DNA of 64,000 bases from Alkalispirochaeta sp. (GTDB lineage Bacteria; Spirochaetota; Spirochaetia; DSM-27196; Alkalispirochaetaceae): NCBI GenBank assembly GCA_965601925.1, contig OZ271854.1, forward strand, positions 3,136,001 through 3,200,000, written 5' to 3'. A model generated the notes under the pieces. It saw only the letters and a list, made by a program, of their open reading frames with translations. It did not search any database and was not told the origin of the DNA. The position numbers and the translations under genes were made by a program. Positions 18,946-28,262 of this stretch are shown here, one piece after another. The stretch's first letter is position 1, and each line of letters opens with the position of its first letter.

Positions 18946-19013
18946 GAGGGCTTCGACACCCGCGTAGTGATCTCGGTGGTCATACACTACAACGGCCCGG
19001 CCGCCGATTCGGG

Positions 19014-19919
19014 CTATCTCCGTCGCACGGGAATGTAGATATCACATTGCGCCTCGGACTCCGAAAACCGTCTGTCGTCATAGAGCTCGAAGTCGGGACC
19101 GTCGTCGCGCTCCCACGTTGGGTTATCGACGAACCACTCTCCGTAGGCGAACTTCCACATTCGTTGGATCTCGTTGGAAAAGTCGTCTCCGCCCGTCTTC
19201 GCACGCGCGGTGAACACGGCGTACTCTTTCGACGGCACGGGAAACGTACCGAAACGGTTCGTCGCGGGCGTGCCGTCCGGGACCGCGTATCCGATTACGT
19301 AGCTGAACGCGCCGCTTTTGGAGTCCATGTCGGTACACAGGCCGTACGAAACCGCGGGCTCTACCTTGTCGGGAATCCGTTCCGCCGTGCCCTCTGTGAG
19401 GAATCGTTCCCAAAACTCGGGAATCTCTTTGAGGTTGCTGCCGTCGTTGGTGGTCCTGAGCTCCGCACCCATGATCGTCATCGCTCCCTTTTTCACAATC
19501 CGCGGCTCCATATCATCTCTCCCATGTGTCTCGTACCGCTTGAGTACGACGCATGCACGCGGTGCGCGCATGGTATACGTTCCTATGGTGCGATACCTGC
19601 CCGGGCTTACACCGTAGATTTTTTTGAATGCCCGCGTGAACGCCTCGTGTGTCTCGTATCCGACGCTGACGGCAATGTCGAGCACGCGCTCGTCGGAGAA
19701 CGACAGGCGATACGCCGCCAAGTCCATCCGGCGTGTCCGAAGGTACTCGCGGAAGGTAGCACCGATCACGGCGGTGAAGGTTCGCATGAAGTGAAAGCTC
19801 GACCAACACGCGCGAGCCGCCGCCTCATCCAGGGCGACCTCGCGCGATAGGTCGGTCTCGATATAGTCGACGGCGCGTTGAATGCGCTCCGCATATCCCG
19901 CCTCACAGGGTGCGTTCAC
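19014..19919 (-). CDS. AraC-family regulator with a C-terminal GyrI-like effector domain
   Basis: IQRAVDYIE..WSSFHFMRTF..VGYETHEAFTRAFKKIYGVSP, then EIPEFWERF..GPDFELYD..DIYIPV. Start placed at GTG 19919. Confidence 0.9.
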   Translation of the reverse strand: MNAPCEAGYAERIQRAVDYIETDLSREVALDEAAARACWSSFHFMRTFTAVIGATFREYLRTRRMDLAAYRLSFSDERVLDIAVSVGYETHEAFTRAFKKIYGVSPGRYRTIGTYTMRAPRACVVLKRYETHGRDDMEPRIVKKGAMTIMGAELRTTNDGSNLKEIPEFWERFLTEGTAERIPDKVEPAVSYGLCTDMDSKSGAFSYVIGYAVPDGTPATNRFGTFPVPSKEYAVFTARAKTGGDDFSNEIQRMWKFAYGEWFVDNPTWERDDGPDFELYDDRRFSESEAQCDIYIPVRRR

Positions 19920-20004
19920 AGGTGTAAGGATAACGCGGATCGCGCCGCGGCGCTTGATCGAACGTGCTGGATTGAAGGGAGAGCGGTGTCGGCCGTACCG
20001 TCGA

Positions 20005-21366
20005 TCAGTCGTAATACAGTGCGACGACCTCGTCGGCGATCTCTTCCAGCCAGCCCAGATGCTCCGCGGCGCGGAGGACCGTATAGCGGCTGCGCACCTC
20101 CTTGGCGTTGAGAAGCGTTTCGCGTAGATAGTCTCGGTCGACATCGATCTCCGACGGGTGCCACGGCGCACCCACCGCCTCTTGGATACGAACGATTTCG
20201 TCCCTCCCGGGTGACAATGCAGCCAGCGCGGCGATCTCATCCCAGCGTTCGACGACCTCTGCGACGGCATTCATACGCCGCGTTCCGTCCACATACTCCG
20301 GGCGCACGACCTCGGCGATAACGCCTTCGGCAACCGGCCCGAGTCCCCCGCGAAGGCGATCTTCGATCGCGTCGACCGGCTCGGCCGATGCGACGACTCG
20401 CTCTATGTCGAGTGCGGCGGGGTCGCGGGCAAAGAAGCGTTCGTTAAAGGCGGCGGCGACTCCGGTCGCTACTCCGACTTTGGTGCCGTGAAAAAACGGC
20501 CGGCGGCGGCCTATGCCCGCGCACATCTCCCAGTAGTGGCTGAGGCTATGTTCACTCCCCGAGGCGGGTCGAGAGTTTCCGACGAGGAGCATAGCGATAC
20601 CGGATATCATTAGCGCCTCGCCCAGAGTCCGTATCGCGTCGGCGTCCCGTGAGCGAATTGCCCGCGCCGCCGCTACCGTTTGCCCCACCGCGGCGTCGAC
20701 CGCCGCGGCAAAGACGGGACAATAGTACTCGTTGCGTACGATAGCGCTGAGTTTCCAGTCTACCCGTGAGGTGAGTTTCCCGATCGTATCGCTGAAACCG
20801 GAGGCGATCATGTCGTAGGGAGCCGCCGTAAGGATCTCCGTGTCCGCGATGACCGCTTTTGCGTTGGTAGCGATGATGGTCCGCTTGTGGCCGTGGTGAG
20901 TCATCGGCGCGCCCGACCCCGAGTATCCGTCCATGGAGGGAGCGGTCGCCACCGAGACGAAGGGTGTGGCGGTTCTCGCCGCGACGAATCGCGTGAGATC
21001 GGTGAGAGACCCCGAGCCGCACACTACGAGAAGATCGGTTTCGGTGCCCATGGTGAGCATGAGATCGCCCACGGCAGTCTCGTCCGGCTTCACCGGCTGG
21101 GTCGTGTCGAAGAGGCACAGCGTCACACGATATCTTGCCCGCCGGAGCTGATCCTCGACGGCTCGCCCGGCGATGCGATAGGTGTTGCCGTCGGCGACCA
21201 GCGTGACGCGCGTTCCGGTGCCGAGCTCGCCGACGATCGACGCGACCTCATCTATCGCCCGCGGACGCACGAGGATTCGACGAATCGGAAGTTCGTGCCG
21301 TCTGCCGCACCGGCAGTCGAAGGGCTCGAGGGCGAGTTCGTCGTCGTGAAATGCAATATCGGGCAT
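20005..21366 (-). CDS. sn-glycerol-1-phosphate dehydrogenase family protein (AraM/EgsA-like)
   Basis: GSGSLTDLTRF, TAPSMDGY, SRPASGSEHSLSHYWEM, HGTKVG. Confidence 0.88.
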   Translation of the reverse strand: MPDIAFHDDELALEPFDCRCGRRHELPIRRILVRPRAIDEVASIVGELGTGTRVTLVADGNTYRIAGRAVEDQLRRARYRVTLCLFDTTQPVKPDETAVGDLMLTMGTETDLLVVCGSGSLTDLTRFVAARTATPFVSVATAPSMDGYSGSGAPMTHHGHKRTIIATNAKAVIADTEILTAAPYDMIASGFSDTIGKLTSRVDWKLSAIVRNEYYCPVFAAAVDAAVGQTVAAARAIRSRDADAIRTLGEALMISGIAMLLVGNSRPASGSEHSLSHYWEMCAGIGRRRPFFHGTKVGVATGVAAAFNERFFARDPAALDIERVVASAEPVDAIEDRLRGGLGPVAEGVIAEVVRPEYVDGTRRMNAVAEVVERWDEIAALAALSPGRDEIVRIQEAVGAPWHPSEIDVDRDYLRETLLNAKEVRSRYTVLRAAEHLGWLEEIADEVVALYYD

Positions 21367-21417
21367 GCCGGTATGATAGATGCTGCCGGAGGAACTGTCG
21401 AGAACGTTTCGGGAAGG

Positions 21418-21861
21418 CTACGCCGTGTTTTGCTTCTCGTATTCGGTGATCCGAGCGATCTTCGGTTCCGAGCGCCCGCCGGGTTCGTACGCGGAGGCCA
21501 TCCACGTTCTCGCGAGGAAGCGGGCGACCTTATTCCCGGTCACCTGGGAGCCCATGGCGATCACGTTGGCGTTGTTGCTGAGAGCCGCTCGCTCCGCCTG
21601 GTAGGCGTCGGTCACCAATGCGCAGTACACGCCGGGAACCTTGTTGGCCGCGATGCTCGCGCCGATGCCGGTGCCGCACAACACGATGCCGCGTTCGTAT
21701 TCACCGCGAACAACCGCCTCACCGACGTCGATCACTACGTTCGCATAGATCGGATCGTCCGACCCGAAGTCTTTGACCTCGTGTCCCAGATCTTCGAGCT
21801 CCTCGATGATCTCGTTTTTGAGCCATGTCGCATTGGGATCGCATCCGATCGCTACTTTCAT
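21418..21861 (-). CDS. rpiB: RpiB/LacA/LacB-family sugar-phosphate isomerase
   Basis: MKVAIGCD, CGTGIGASIAANKVPG, NNANVI; AAGGAG RBS. Confidence 0.88.
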   Translation of the reverse strand: MKVAIGCDPNATWLKNEIIEELEDLGHEVKDFGSDDPIYANVVIDVGEAVVRGEYERGIVLCGTGIGASIAANKVPGVYCALVTDAYQAERAALSNNANVIAMGSQVTGNKVARFLARTWMASAYEPGGRSEPKIARITEYEKQNTA

Positions 21862-21990
21862 GTGTTGGTCTCCTTGCGGCGCCAACATAGCAGCTCACCT
21901 ACTGAGTTTCAAGGGCGAAAGAAGGCCGCCGCGCGACGCACTCCCGCCCGTCGGGGAGGATGTGTGCCGTGATTTGATGCTACGCCTCGC

Positions 21991-23022
21991 TCAGTTCGGG
22001 ACGACATAGCCTGCGACGACCGTCAGCACGTATGCGCCGAGGAGGACGGAGCCGAATACCCGCCCGAGCGCTCCTTTGTTGTGTGCGACGCCGATTCCGA
22101 GGAGCAGGACGATAAACAGCATTGACGGGAAGAATAGGTAGAAAAACGACGGCGGCACGCGCAGGCCGCCGGCGGTGACGGCGGCACTCGCACCGCTCAC
22201 GAAGAGCACGTTGAGCACGTTCGCCCCGATTACGTTACCTAGGGCGAGCTCGCCGTGGCCCTTGCGAGCCGCGCTGACTGCAGTGGCGAGCTCCGGGAGC
22301 GAGGTGCCGAAGGCGACGAGGGTTGCCGCGATGATCGCCTCGGGTATCCCCAGGCGCAGAGCGATCTCCTCTACCGTCGGTATGAGTATCCAGGACCCCA
22401 TTACTACGAGGACGAGCCCGATCGCAAGGCGGAAAAACGACGCCGCCGGCGTCAAGGTAGAGTCGGCCTCCCCAATCGCATCGTCCGCCGTATCGGGTGA
22501 GGAGGAGCGCGACCACCGGAGGGACTGCCACAGGTAGATGCACAAGAGTACGACAAAGGCTATTCCGACACCCTGGGGGAGCCTGCCGCCGCGGGTAAAT
22601 GTGTCCCCGATCGCGAAGAACGGTATGCTGAACAGGACGAGTAGAATCGAACTTCCGACGGAGATTCCGTTTTGGCGGCTCACCATCCCGGTATCGACGT
22701 GAATCGGTCGGATAAGCGTCGCAATACCCAAGATGAGTCCCGCGTTGGCGATGATCGATCCGACTGCGTTCCCCAGGGCGAGACCCGGAGCGCCGCGAAG
22801 AGCGGCGAGTACGCTGACCACCGTCTCGGGAAGGGTGGTGCCGAGACTCACGATGGTGGCGCCGATGAGCATCTTGGGCACGCCCCACTTGACCGAAAGG
22901 GCCACTCCCCCGTCTACCAGGAAGTCCGCGCCCTTCAATACCGCCACGAGGGAGGCGACCAATACGGCGCACAATAGGATGAAATGGAGGTCTCCGATGA
23001 GGCGGGATATCAGCTCGTCCAT
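21991..23022 (-). CDS. Calcium/sodium antiporter (CaCA family, YrbG-like)
   Basis: Two alpha repeats: GTTLPE..GNAVGS and GTSLPE..GNVIGANVLN. Confidence 0.92.
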   Translation of the reverse strand: MDELISRLIGDLHFILLCAVLVASLVAVLKGADFLVDGGVALSVKWGVPKMLIGATIVSLGTTLPETVVSVLAALRGAPGLALGNAVGSIIANAGLILGIATLIRPIHVDTGMVSRQNGISVGSSILLVLFSIPFFAIGDTFTRGGRLPQGVGIAFVVLLCIYLWQSLRWSRSSSPDTADDAIGEADSTLTPAASFFRLAIGLVLVVMGSWILIPTVEEIALRLGIPEAIIAATLVAFGTSLPELATAVSAARKGHGELALGNVIGANVLNVLFVSGASAAVTAGGLRVPPSFFYLFFPSMLFIVLLLGIGVAHNKGALGRVFGSVLLGAYVLTVVAGYVVPN

Positions 23023-23346
23023 GTTCGCGTGTTCTACCTTTCGTCGTGCTGCACAGATGAAGTGTCATACCGCTTGCTCGTGTGGACACCTCTCACGACG
23101 AAGAATATAGACAGGGAGGCGTTCCCTCAAGCGCGGCGCGTCGAGTTCCCGGACGGCACGACGATGAACGAGTGAGCAATAGGCGACGGCGCGGTCCCCC
23201 GATATCGCTCCTCGACTTCGACGACGGTGGTCTGGTTGAGAACCGGATGGCGTGGTAGGCTTCCGCATGGTCGAAGGATTGCCCCTCCTATTACGCTCTC
23301 TTCCGGCAATAGTCTCGCGCCGCGCGAGTGCTCATCCCATGCGCTG

Positions 23347-24678
23347 ATGCTCTGCATTCACAACGGCTGGGTGCTTCCCATGACCTCTGATGCGATCGAG
23401 CGTGGCTATGTGCTGGTTGAAGAAGATCGGATCACCGAGGTCGGCGCCGGCGACCCACCGTGGAGGGAGGAAGAGCGGCCCGATGCTCCCGCCGCGAGCG
23501 GGTCGCTCACGATGATCGATGCGCGCGGCGGCATCATCATGCCGGGTATGGTCAACGCGCATACGCATATCGCCATGGCGCTCTTTCGTTCCTTGGCCGA
23601 TGATCGTGCCGACCGGTTGCGGAAGGTGCTCTTTCCTCTGGAATCGCGCGCCGTCGACGAGCGACTCGTATATCACGCCTCGCTCCACGCACTCGTGGAG
23701 CTCATTCTCGCCGGCGTGACCACCTTCGCGGATATGTACTACTTCGAGCAGGAGTGCGCGCGCGCGACGCGCGAGGCGGGCGTGCGAGCGATATTGGGCG
23801 AGACCGTTTTGGGGGGCGTCGCGCCGGACGCCGCCGGTGCGTACGGCGGTATCGAGTACGCGAAGGATTTTGCCGACCGATGGGGCGACGATGCCCTGAT
23901 TACACCGGCGATCGCGCCGCACGCGCCCTATACCGTTGCTGACCATGCGATGAGGCGATGCGCCGCACTGGCCGAGGAGCTGGACATACCGATGATGCTG
24001 CACCTGGCGGAGATGCCCTTCGAGGTCGCTGAGATTCGCTCGAAGCACGGCGTCTCTCCGGTTCGGCACATGGCGGATCTCGGCATACTCGGCTCCCGGC
24101 TGCTCGCCGCACACTGCGTGTTCACCGATCGCGCCGACCACGAGCTGTTACGGTCGAGCGACACCGGCGTTGCACACAATCTCGTCGCGAACATGAAAAG
24201 CGGTAAGGGATTCGCACCGCTACCCGATATGTTGAAAGCGGGGTTGCGCATCGGACTGGGGACGGACGGTCCGATGAGCGGCAACACGCTCGATCTCTTC
24301 GGCCAGATGCGTGCAGTCGCCACGGTGCACAAGGCGGTTGTCGGCGACCCGACTTTTCTTCCCGCCCGCGCCGTCGTGGAGCTGGCGACCATCGGCGGCG
24401 CGCGAGCGTTGCACATGGAGGAGCGAATCGGATCGCTCGAGGTGGATAAGCAGGCGGACATCGTCGTCGTATCGACCGATACGCCCGCACTTCACCCCGT
24501 TCACGATCCGTGGTCGGTCGTCGCCTACGGCGCCGGTCCCGCCGATGTCGATACGACGATCGTCGCCGGCAGAGTACTCATGCACCGGCGAGAGATTCCC
24601 CACCTCGACCGCGAGGCGATCGCGGCGCGCTCAAGAGAGTTCGGCGCCCGTGTCGCCCGTTTTCTGACCGGGCTGTAG
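23347..24678 (+). CDS. Amidohydrolase, MTA/SAH deaminase (Atz/Trz)-like
   Basis: PGMVNAHTH, GVTTFADMY, APHAPYT, HLAE, AAHCV, GLGTDG. Start is uncertain. Confidence 0.88.
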   Translation: MLCIHNGWVLPMTSDAIERGYVLVEEDRITEVGAGDPPWREEERPDAPAASGSLTMIDARGGIIMPGMVNAHTHIAMALFRSLADDRADRLRKVLFPLESRAVDERLVYHASLHALVELILAGVTTFADMYYFEQECARATREAGVRAILGETVLGGVAPDAAGAYGGIEYAKDFADRWGDDALITPAIAPHAPYTVADHAMRRCAALAEELDIPMMLHLAEMPFEVAEIRSKHGVSPVRHMADLGILGSRLLAAHCVFTDRADHELLRSSDTGVAHNLVANMKSGKGFAPLPDMLKAGLRIGLGTDGPMSGNTLDLFGQMRAVATVHKAVVGDPTFLPARAVVELATIGGARALHMEERIGSLEVDKQADIVVVSTDTPALHPVHDPWSVVAYGAGPADVDTTIVAGRVLMHRREIPHLDREAIAARSREFGARVARFLTGL

Positions 24679-24739
24679 TGTCGCTCGGCCCGGACGACGC
24701 GGTATGAGGGCGAAGAGAGCACCGTTCCTCCAATCGATC

Positions 24740-25495
24740 CTATGGCGAACGGTGGGCGTCGGCGGCGTAGAGAGCGACGACCGCGTCGAGAGCCGCGGCG
24801 ATCACGACACGCTCGCCGATCGCGAATAAGCGATCCTTCTCCGCGAGCGTCGGCTGCTTTTCCAACCAGATGTTGGAGTCGGTGGCGACGATCGCCCCGG
24901 TCTTGACGCCCCTGACCGCACCGATGATGAACAGCGTCGCCGCCTCCTGCTCCGCCGCCTTCACGCCGCTTCTCGTCAACAGCGCGTTCAACTCCCGATC
25001 CTGGACGTAGTACGCGTCGCGCGTGTAACCGACGCCGACCTCGTAGTCGACGCGGTGCGCGCGAAGTGCGTCCACGAGCGCGTTGGTCACCTCGAGGTCC
25101 GCGACGGCGGGAAACTCGACCGGGAGATACGCCTTTGTCGTGCCCTCTCCACGAACGGCCGATGTGATCACGATCGGTGTGCCGATGGGTGTCGCGGGCT
25201 GCCGTCCACCGGCGGACCCCACACGGATGAAGACCTTCGCCCCGAGGGAGACGAGCTCCTCGCACGCGATCGAGGCGGCCGGCCCGCCTATCCCCGAGGA
25301 GCATACGGTGATCGGAGCGCCGCGGTGTGTGCCGGTGTATACGACATACTCGCGGTTCTCCGCGATGAACTCGGCGCGGTCCATCCGCTCGACGATGCGT
25401 CGTACCCGTCCCGGGTCGCCGGGGATGAGTACGAAGGGCGCAACATCGCCCGTGCCGCAGCGGATATGTTTGAGCACCTCCTTCGGCCCGCTCAT
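24740..25495 (-). CDS. Nucleoside phosphorylase (uridine phosphorylase-like)
   Basis: PGDPGR, NREY, SGIGGPA, RVGSAG, AVRGEGT, EQEAATL. The ATG overlaps the upstream stop. Confidence 0.9.
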   Translation of the reverse strand: MSGPKEVLKHIRCGTGDVAPFVLIPGDPGRVRRIVERMDRAEFIAENREYVVYTGTHRGAPITVCSSGIGGPAASIACEELVSLGAKVFIRVGSAGGRQPATPIGTPIVITSAVRGEGTTKAYLPVEFPAVADLEVTNALVDALRAHRVDYEVGVGYTRDAYYVQDRELNALLTRSGVKAAEQEAATLFIIGAVRGVKTGAIVATDSNIWLEKQPTLAEKDRLFAIGERVVIAAALDAVVALYAADAHRSP

Positions 25496-26571
25496 CGGTG
25501 ATCCTTCGTCTCCACGACGATACTCGACGGATCGACGTGCAGCCACCGGTCGTGCCGCTCCGGGTCGGCCTTACCGGCGAGCAGTACCTGTATGCGATGC
25601 GGCCCCGAGATCGCCGCGCACAGCGTACTGTTCCCCTGATAGTTGCAGAACTCGATCTCCGCTGGCAGCGTATTCTCGTCGGTCGGTATCGCCCCCGGCT
25701 CGAGTAACCGTACCGCCTCGGGCCGAAACATCAGCTGTACCGGCTCGCCGACCCCCGGGGCCGACCCATCGGGGCGACGGCATCGAAACGTGCGCTCCGC
25801 GACCGTTATAGTAAGTCGATCGGCCTCGACGGTGGAGACGACGCCCTCCACGGCGTTGTCGTACCCCATAAATCGCGCTACGAATGCGGTTGCCGGACGG
25901 TCATACACCGTCTCCGGGGTGTCGCTCTGCTCGATGGCGCCGTTGTTCATGATGACGATCCGGCTGGAGAGGCTCAGCGCCTCAACCTGGTCGTGTGTCA
26001 CGTAAATCATCGTGATTCCCAGTCGATTCTGGAGTCGAGCGAGTTCCGAGCGCATCTCGTCGCGTAACTTTGCGTCGAGGTTGGACAGCGGCTCGTCCAA
26101 TAGGAGCAGCTCCGGCTCGATTACGATCGCCCGGGCGAGGGCAACGCGTTGACGCTGCCCCCCGGAGAGTTGCGACGGCAGTCGATTCTCCAGACCGGTC
26201 AATGAGACGACCTCAAGTGCGCGGGCGACGCGCGATGCGATCTCAGGGCGCGACACACGCCGACGACGGAGACCGAACGCGACGTTCCCGAACACCGAGA
26301 GATGCGGAAAGAGGGCGTAGTTTTGGAATACGAGGCCGATGTTGCGCTTGTTGGGGGGCAGACGCGTATAGTCGACGCCGTTGACCACCACGCGTCCGGT
26401 CCGGGCGAGGATGAATCCGGCGATCGTCCGGAGGGTCGTCGTCTTGCCGCACCCGCTCGGACCGAGCAGTGAGAGGAGCTCCCCCCGTTCTACTCGTAGG
26501 TTGAAGTCATTCAGAATCGGCCTCTGCGGATCGTATCCGGCGGTGATGTTCGTGAGCTCTACGTACGCCAT
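25492..26571 (-). CDS. ABC transporter ATP-binding protein (PotA-like, TOBE domain)
   Basis: GPSGCGKT, FQNYALFPH, LSGGQRQR, DEPLSNLD. Confidence 0.95.
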   Translation of the reverse strand: MAYVELTNITAGYDPQRPILNDFNLRVERGELLSLLGPSGCGKTTTLRTIAGFILARTGRVVVNGVDYTRLPPNKRNIGLVFQNYALFPHLSVFGNVAFGLRRRRVSRPEIASRVARALEVVSLTGLENRLPSQLSGGQRQRVALARAIVIEPELLLLDEPLSNLDAKLRDEMRSELARLQNRLGITMIYVTHDQVEALSLSSRIVIMNNGAIEQSDTPETVYDRPATAFVARFMGYDNAVEGVVSTVEADRLTITVAERTFRCRRPDGSAPGVGEPVQLMFRPEAVRLLEPGAIPTDENTLPAEIEFCNYQGNSTLCAAISGPHRIQVLLAGKADPERHDRWLHVDPSSIVVETKDHR

Positions 26572-26585
26572 TCGATGGGTGCCCC

Positions 26586-27365
26586 TTACATGTAGCGCGT
26601 GATACCGAGCGCCTTCTCCGCGGCCTGCACAACCAGCACGGTAAATACGATGATGATACTCGACAGCGCCGAGATCGTCGGATCGAAGTAGTATTCCATA
26701 TAGATCAGCATCTGGATCGGCAGCGTCGCCACACCGGGACCCGTCAAGAAGAGTGAGATCGGCACGTTGTTGAATGAGGTGATAAACGCCAGGACGAACG
26801 CTGCGGCGACTCCCGCGCGAATATTGGGAAACACTACCGAAAAGAAGGCGTGCAGTCGCGAGGAGCCGAGACTTACCGCGGCCTCCTCGACCGCGAGATC
26901 GAAGTTTTTCAGGCTTGCCGAGACGACACGCACCGTGTACGGAAAGAGAATCGCGGTGTGCCCGAGATACAGCCCGACGAGTACCGGCATGCGCGTGACG
27001 AACACGAAGAATCGTAGGAGCGAAAAGCCGATCACGAGGCCGGGCACGATCGCCGGAGATGCGAAAAAAAGCTCAACGGCGCCCTTGCCGGGAAACCGAA
27101 AGCGGTTGATCACGTAGGCGACGGGGATTCCCATGACCAGAGCCGTCGCGGTAGCGGCCAAACCGGCCTGTAAACTGATCAGAAAGGTGGTCCGGAACAT
27201 CTCGATACCGAATACCTTGCCGTACCACTGCAGAGAGAACCCTTCGGGCGGGAAACTCATACTCGCATCGCCGCTGAACGAGGAGAGCACGATGATTGCA
27301 AAGGGGCCGATCAAGAAGAGGTAGACGGCCGAAAGTACAAAGACGAGTATCCGCGAGCGCTTCAT
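26586..27365 (-). CDS. ABC transporter permease (PotC-like)
   Basis: FPPEGFSLQWY, EEAAVSLGS; start at MKRSR, coupled to the upstream stop. Confidence 0.92.
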   Translation of the reverse strand: MKRSRILVFVLSAVYLFLIGPFAIIVLSSFSGDASMSFPPEGFSLQWYGKVFGIEMFRTTFLISLQAGLAATATALVMGIPVAYVINRFRFPGKGAVELFFASPAIVPGLVIGFSLLRFFVFVTRMPVLVGLYLGHTAILFPYTVRVVSASLKNFDLAVEEAAVSLGSSRLHAFFSVVFPNIRAGVAAAFVLAFITSFNNVPISLFLTGPGVATLPIQMLIYMEYYFDPTISALSSIIIVFTVLVVQAAEKALGITRYM

Positions 27366-28204
27366 CACGACGCCTCGCGCGGTCTGAACATTCGTAACCC
27401 GTTGTACAGCACCAACGTCGTCACGACCATGACCGCCGCGATCACCGTGGCGACCTCCCAGTTCATCAGAACCAACGCCTCCTGACGCATAAGCGTCGAG
27501 AGCGTCAGAACGCGCGAACCACCGAGAATCGCCGGGGTTACGTAGGCGGTGATGCACCCGGTAAAGACGAGTGTCACACCGAGGACGAGGCCGTCGAAGG
27601 AGAGTGGAACGACAACGCGAAAGAAGCTGCCGATGCGGCTATCACCGAGGCTGAGCGCTGCGTCCTCCACATCGTCCGGCACGTTCTCCATTGCGCTCGT
27701 GAGGGTGAGGATCATGATCGGCAGAAAAAGCTGGAGCAGCCCCAGGATGATCGCCCCCTCGGTGTACATCAGGCGCAGCGGCTCGCGCACGAGGCGCAAC
27801 CATTGGAGCGTCGCATTGAAGATACCGCGTCGGCCGAGCATTACGATCCACGCATAGGTCCTAGCCACGGGACTGGTCATGAGAGGGAGGATGACCAACG
27901 ACATCAGGATCGACCGGCGCGGCCCGGAAATCTTGCTCAACAGGTACGCACTGGGATAGGCGAGCACGACCGCAATGGGCGTGACGATGAGCGATATTCT
28001 CAAGGTCCGCACGTACACCGAACGAAATTGCGGGTCGGCCAACACGTCGCGGTAACGCACGAGCGTTACCGCCTCATCGGGTGTGCTGAGACTCTCGACA
28101 ACGATGAATGCGAGCGGGGCGAGGAAAAACACGAGGAGGAAGACGCCGCCGGGCCCCAGAAGGAGCAGGAGCTTCCGCCGAAAGTGTAGCTCGTTCACCG
28201 TCAC
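27365..28204 (-). CDS. ABC transporter permease (PotB-like)
   Basis: RTYAWIVMLG, EDAALSLGD, YVTPAILGG. Confidence 0.92.
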   Translation of the reverse strand: MTVNELHFRRKLLLLLGPGGVFLLVFFLAPLAFIVVESLSTPDEAVTLVRYRDVLADPQFRSVYVRTLRISLIVTPIAVVLAYPSAYLLSKISGPRRSILMSLVILPLMTSPVARTYAWIVMLGRRGIFNATLQWLRLVREPLRLMYTEGAIILGLLQLFLPIMILTLTSAMENVPDDVEDAALSLGDSRIGSFFRVVVPLSFDGLVLGVTLVFTGCITAYVTPAILGGSRVLTLSTLMRQEALVLMNWEVATVIAAVMVVTTLVLYNGLRMFRPREAS

Positions 28205-28262
28205 GAACCTCGTGCGCGACGCGTCCCGAGGGGACGTGCCGCCCGCCGTACGACCATTCCCG

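Noticed and set aside
19920..20270. Long N-terminal extension of the AraC-GyrI ORF
   Set aside because: Overlaps the G1PDH 3' end in another frame; homology starts near 19919.
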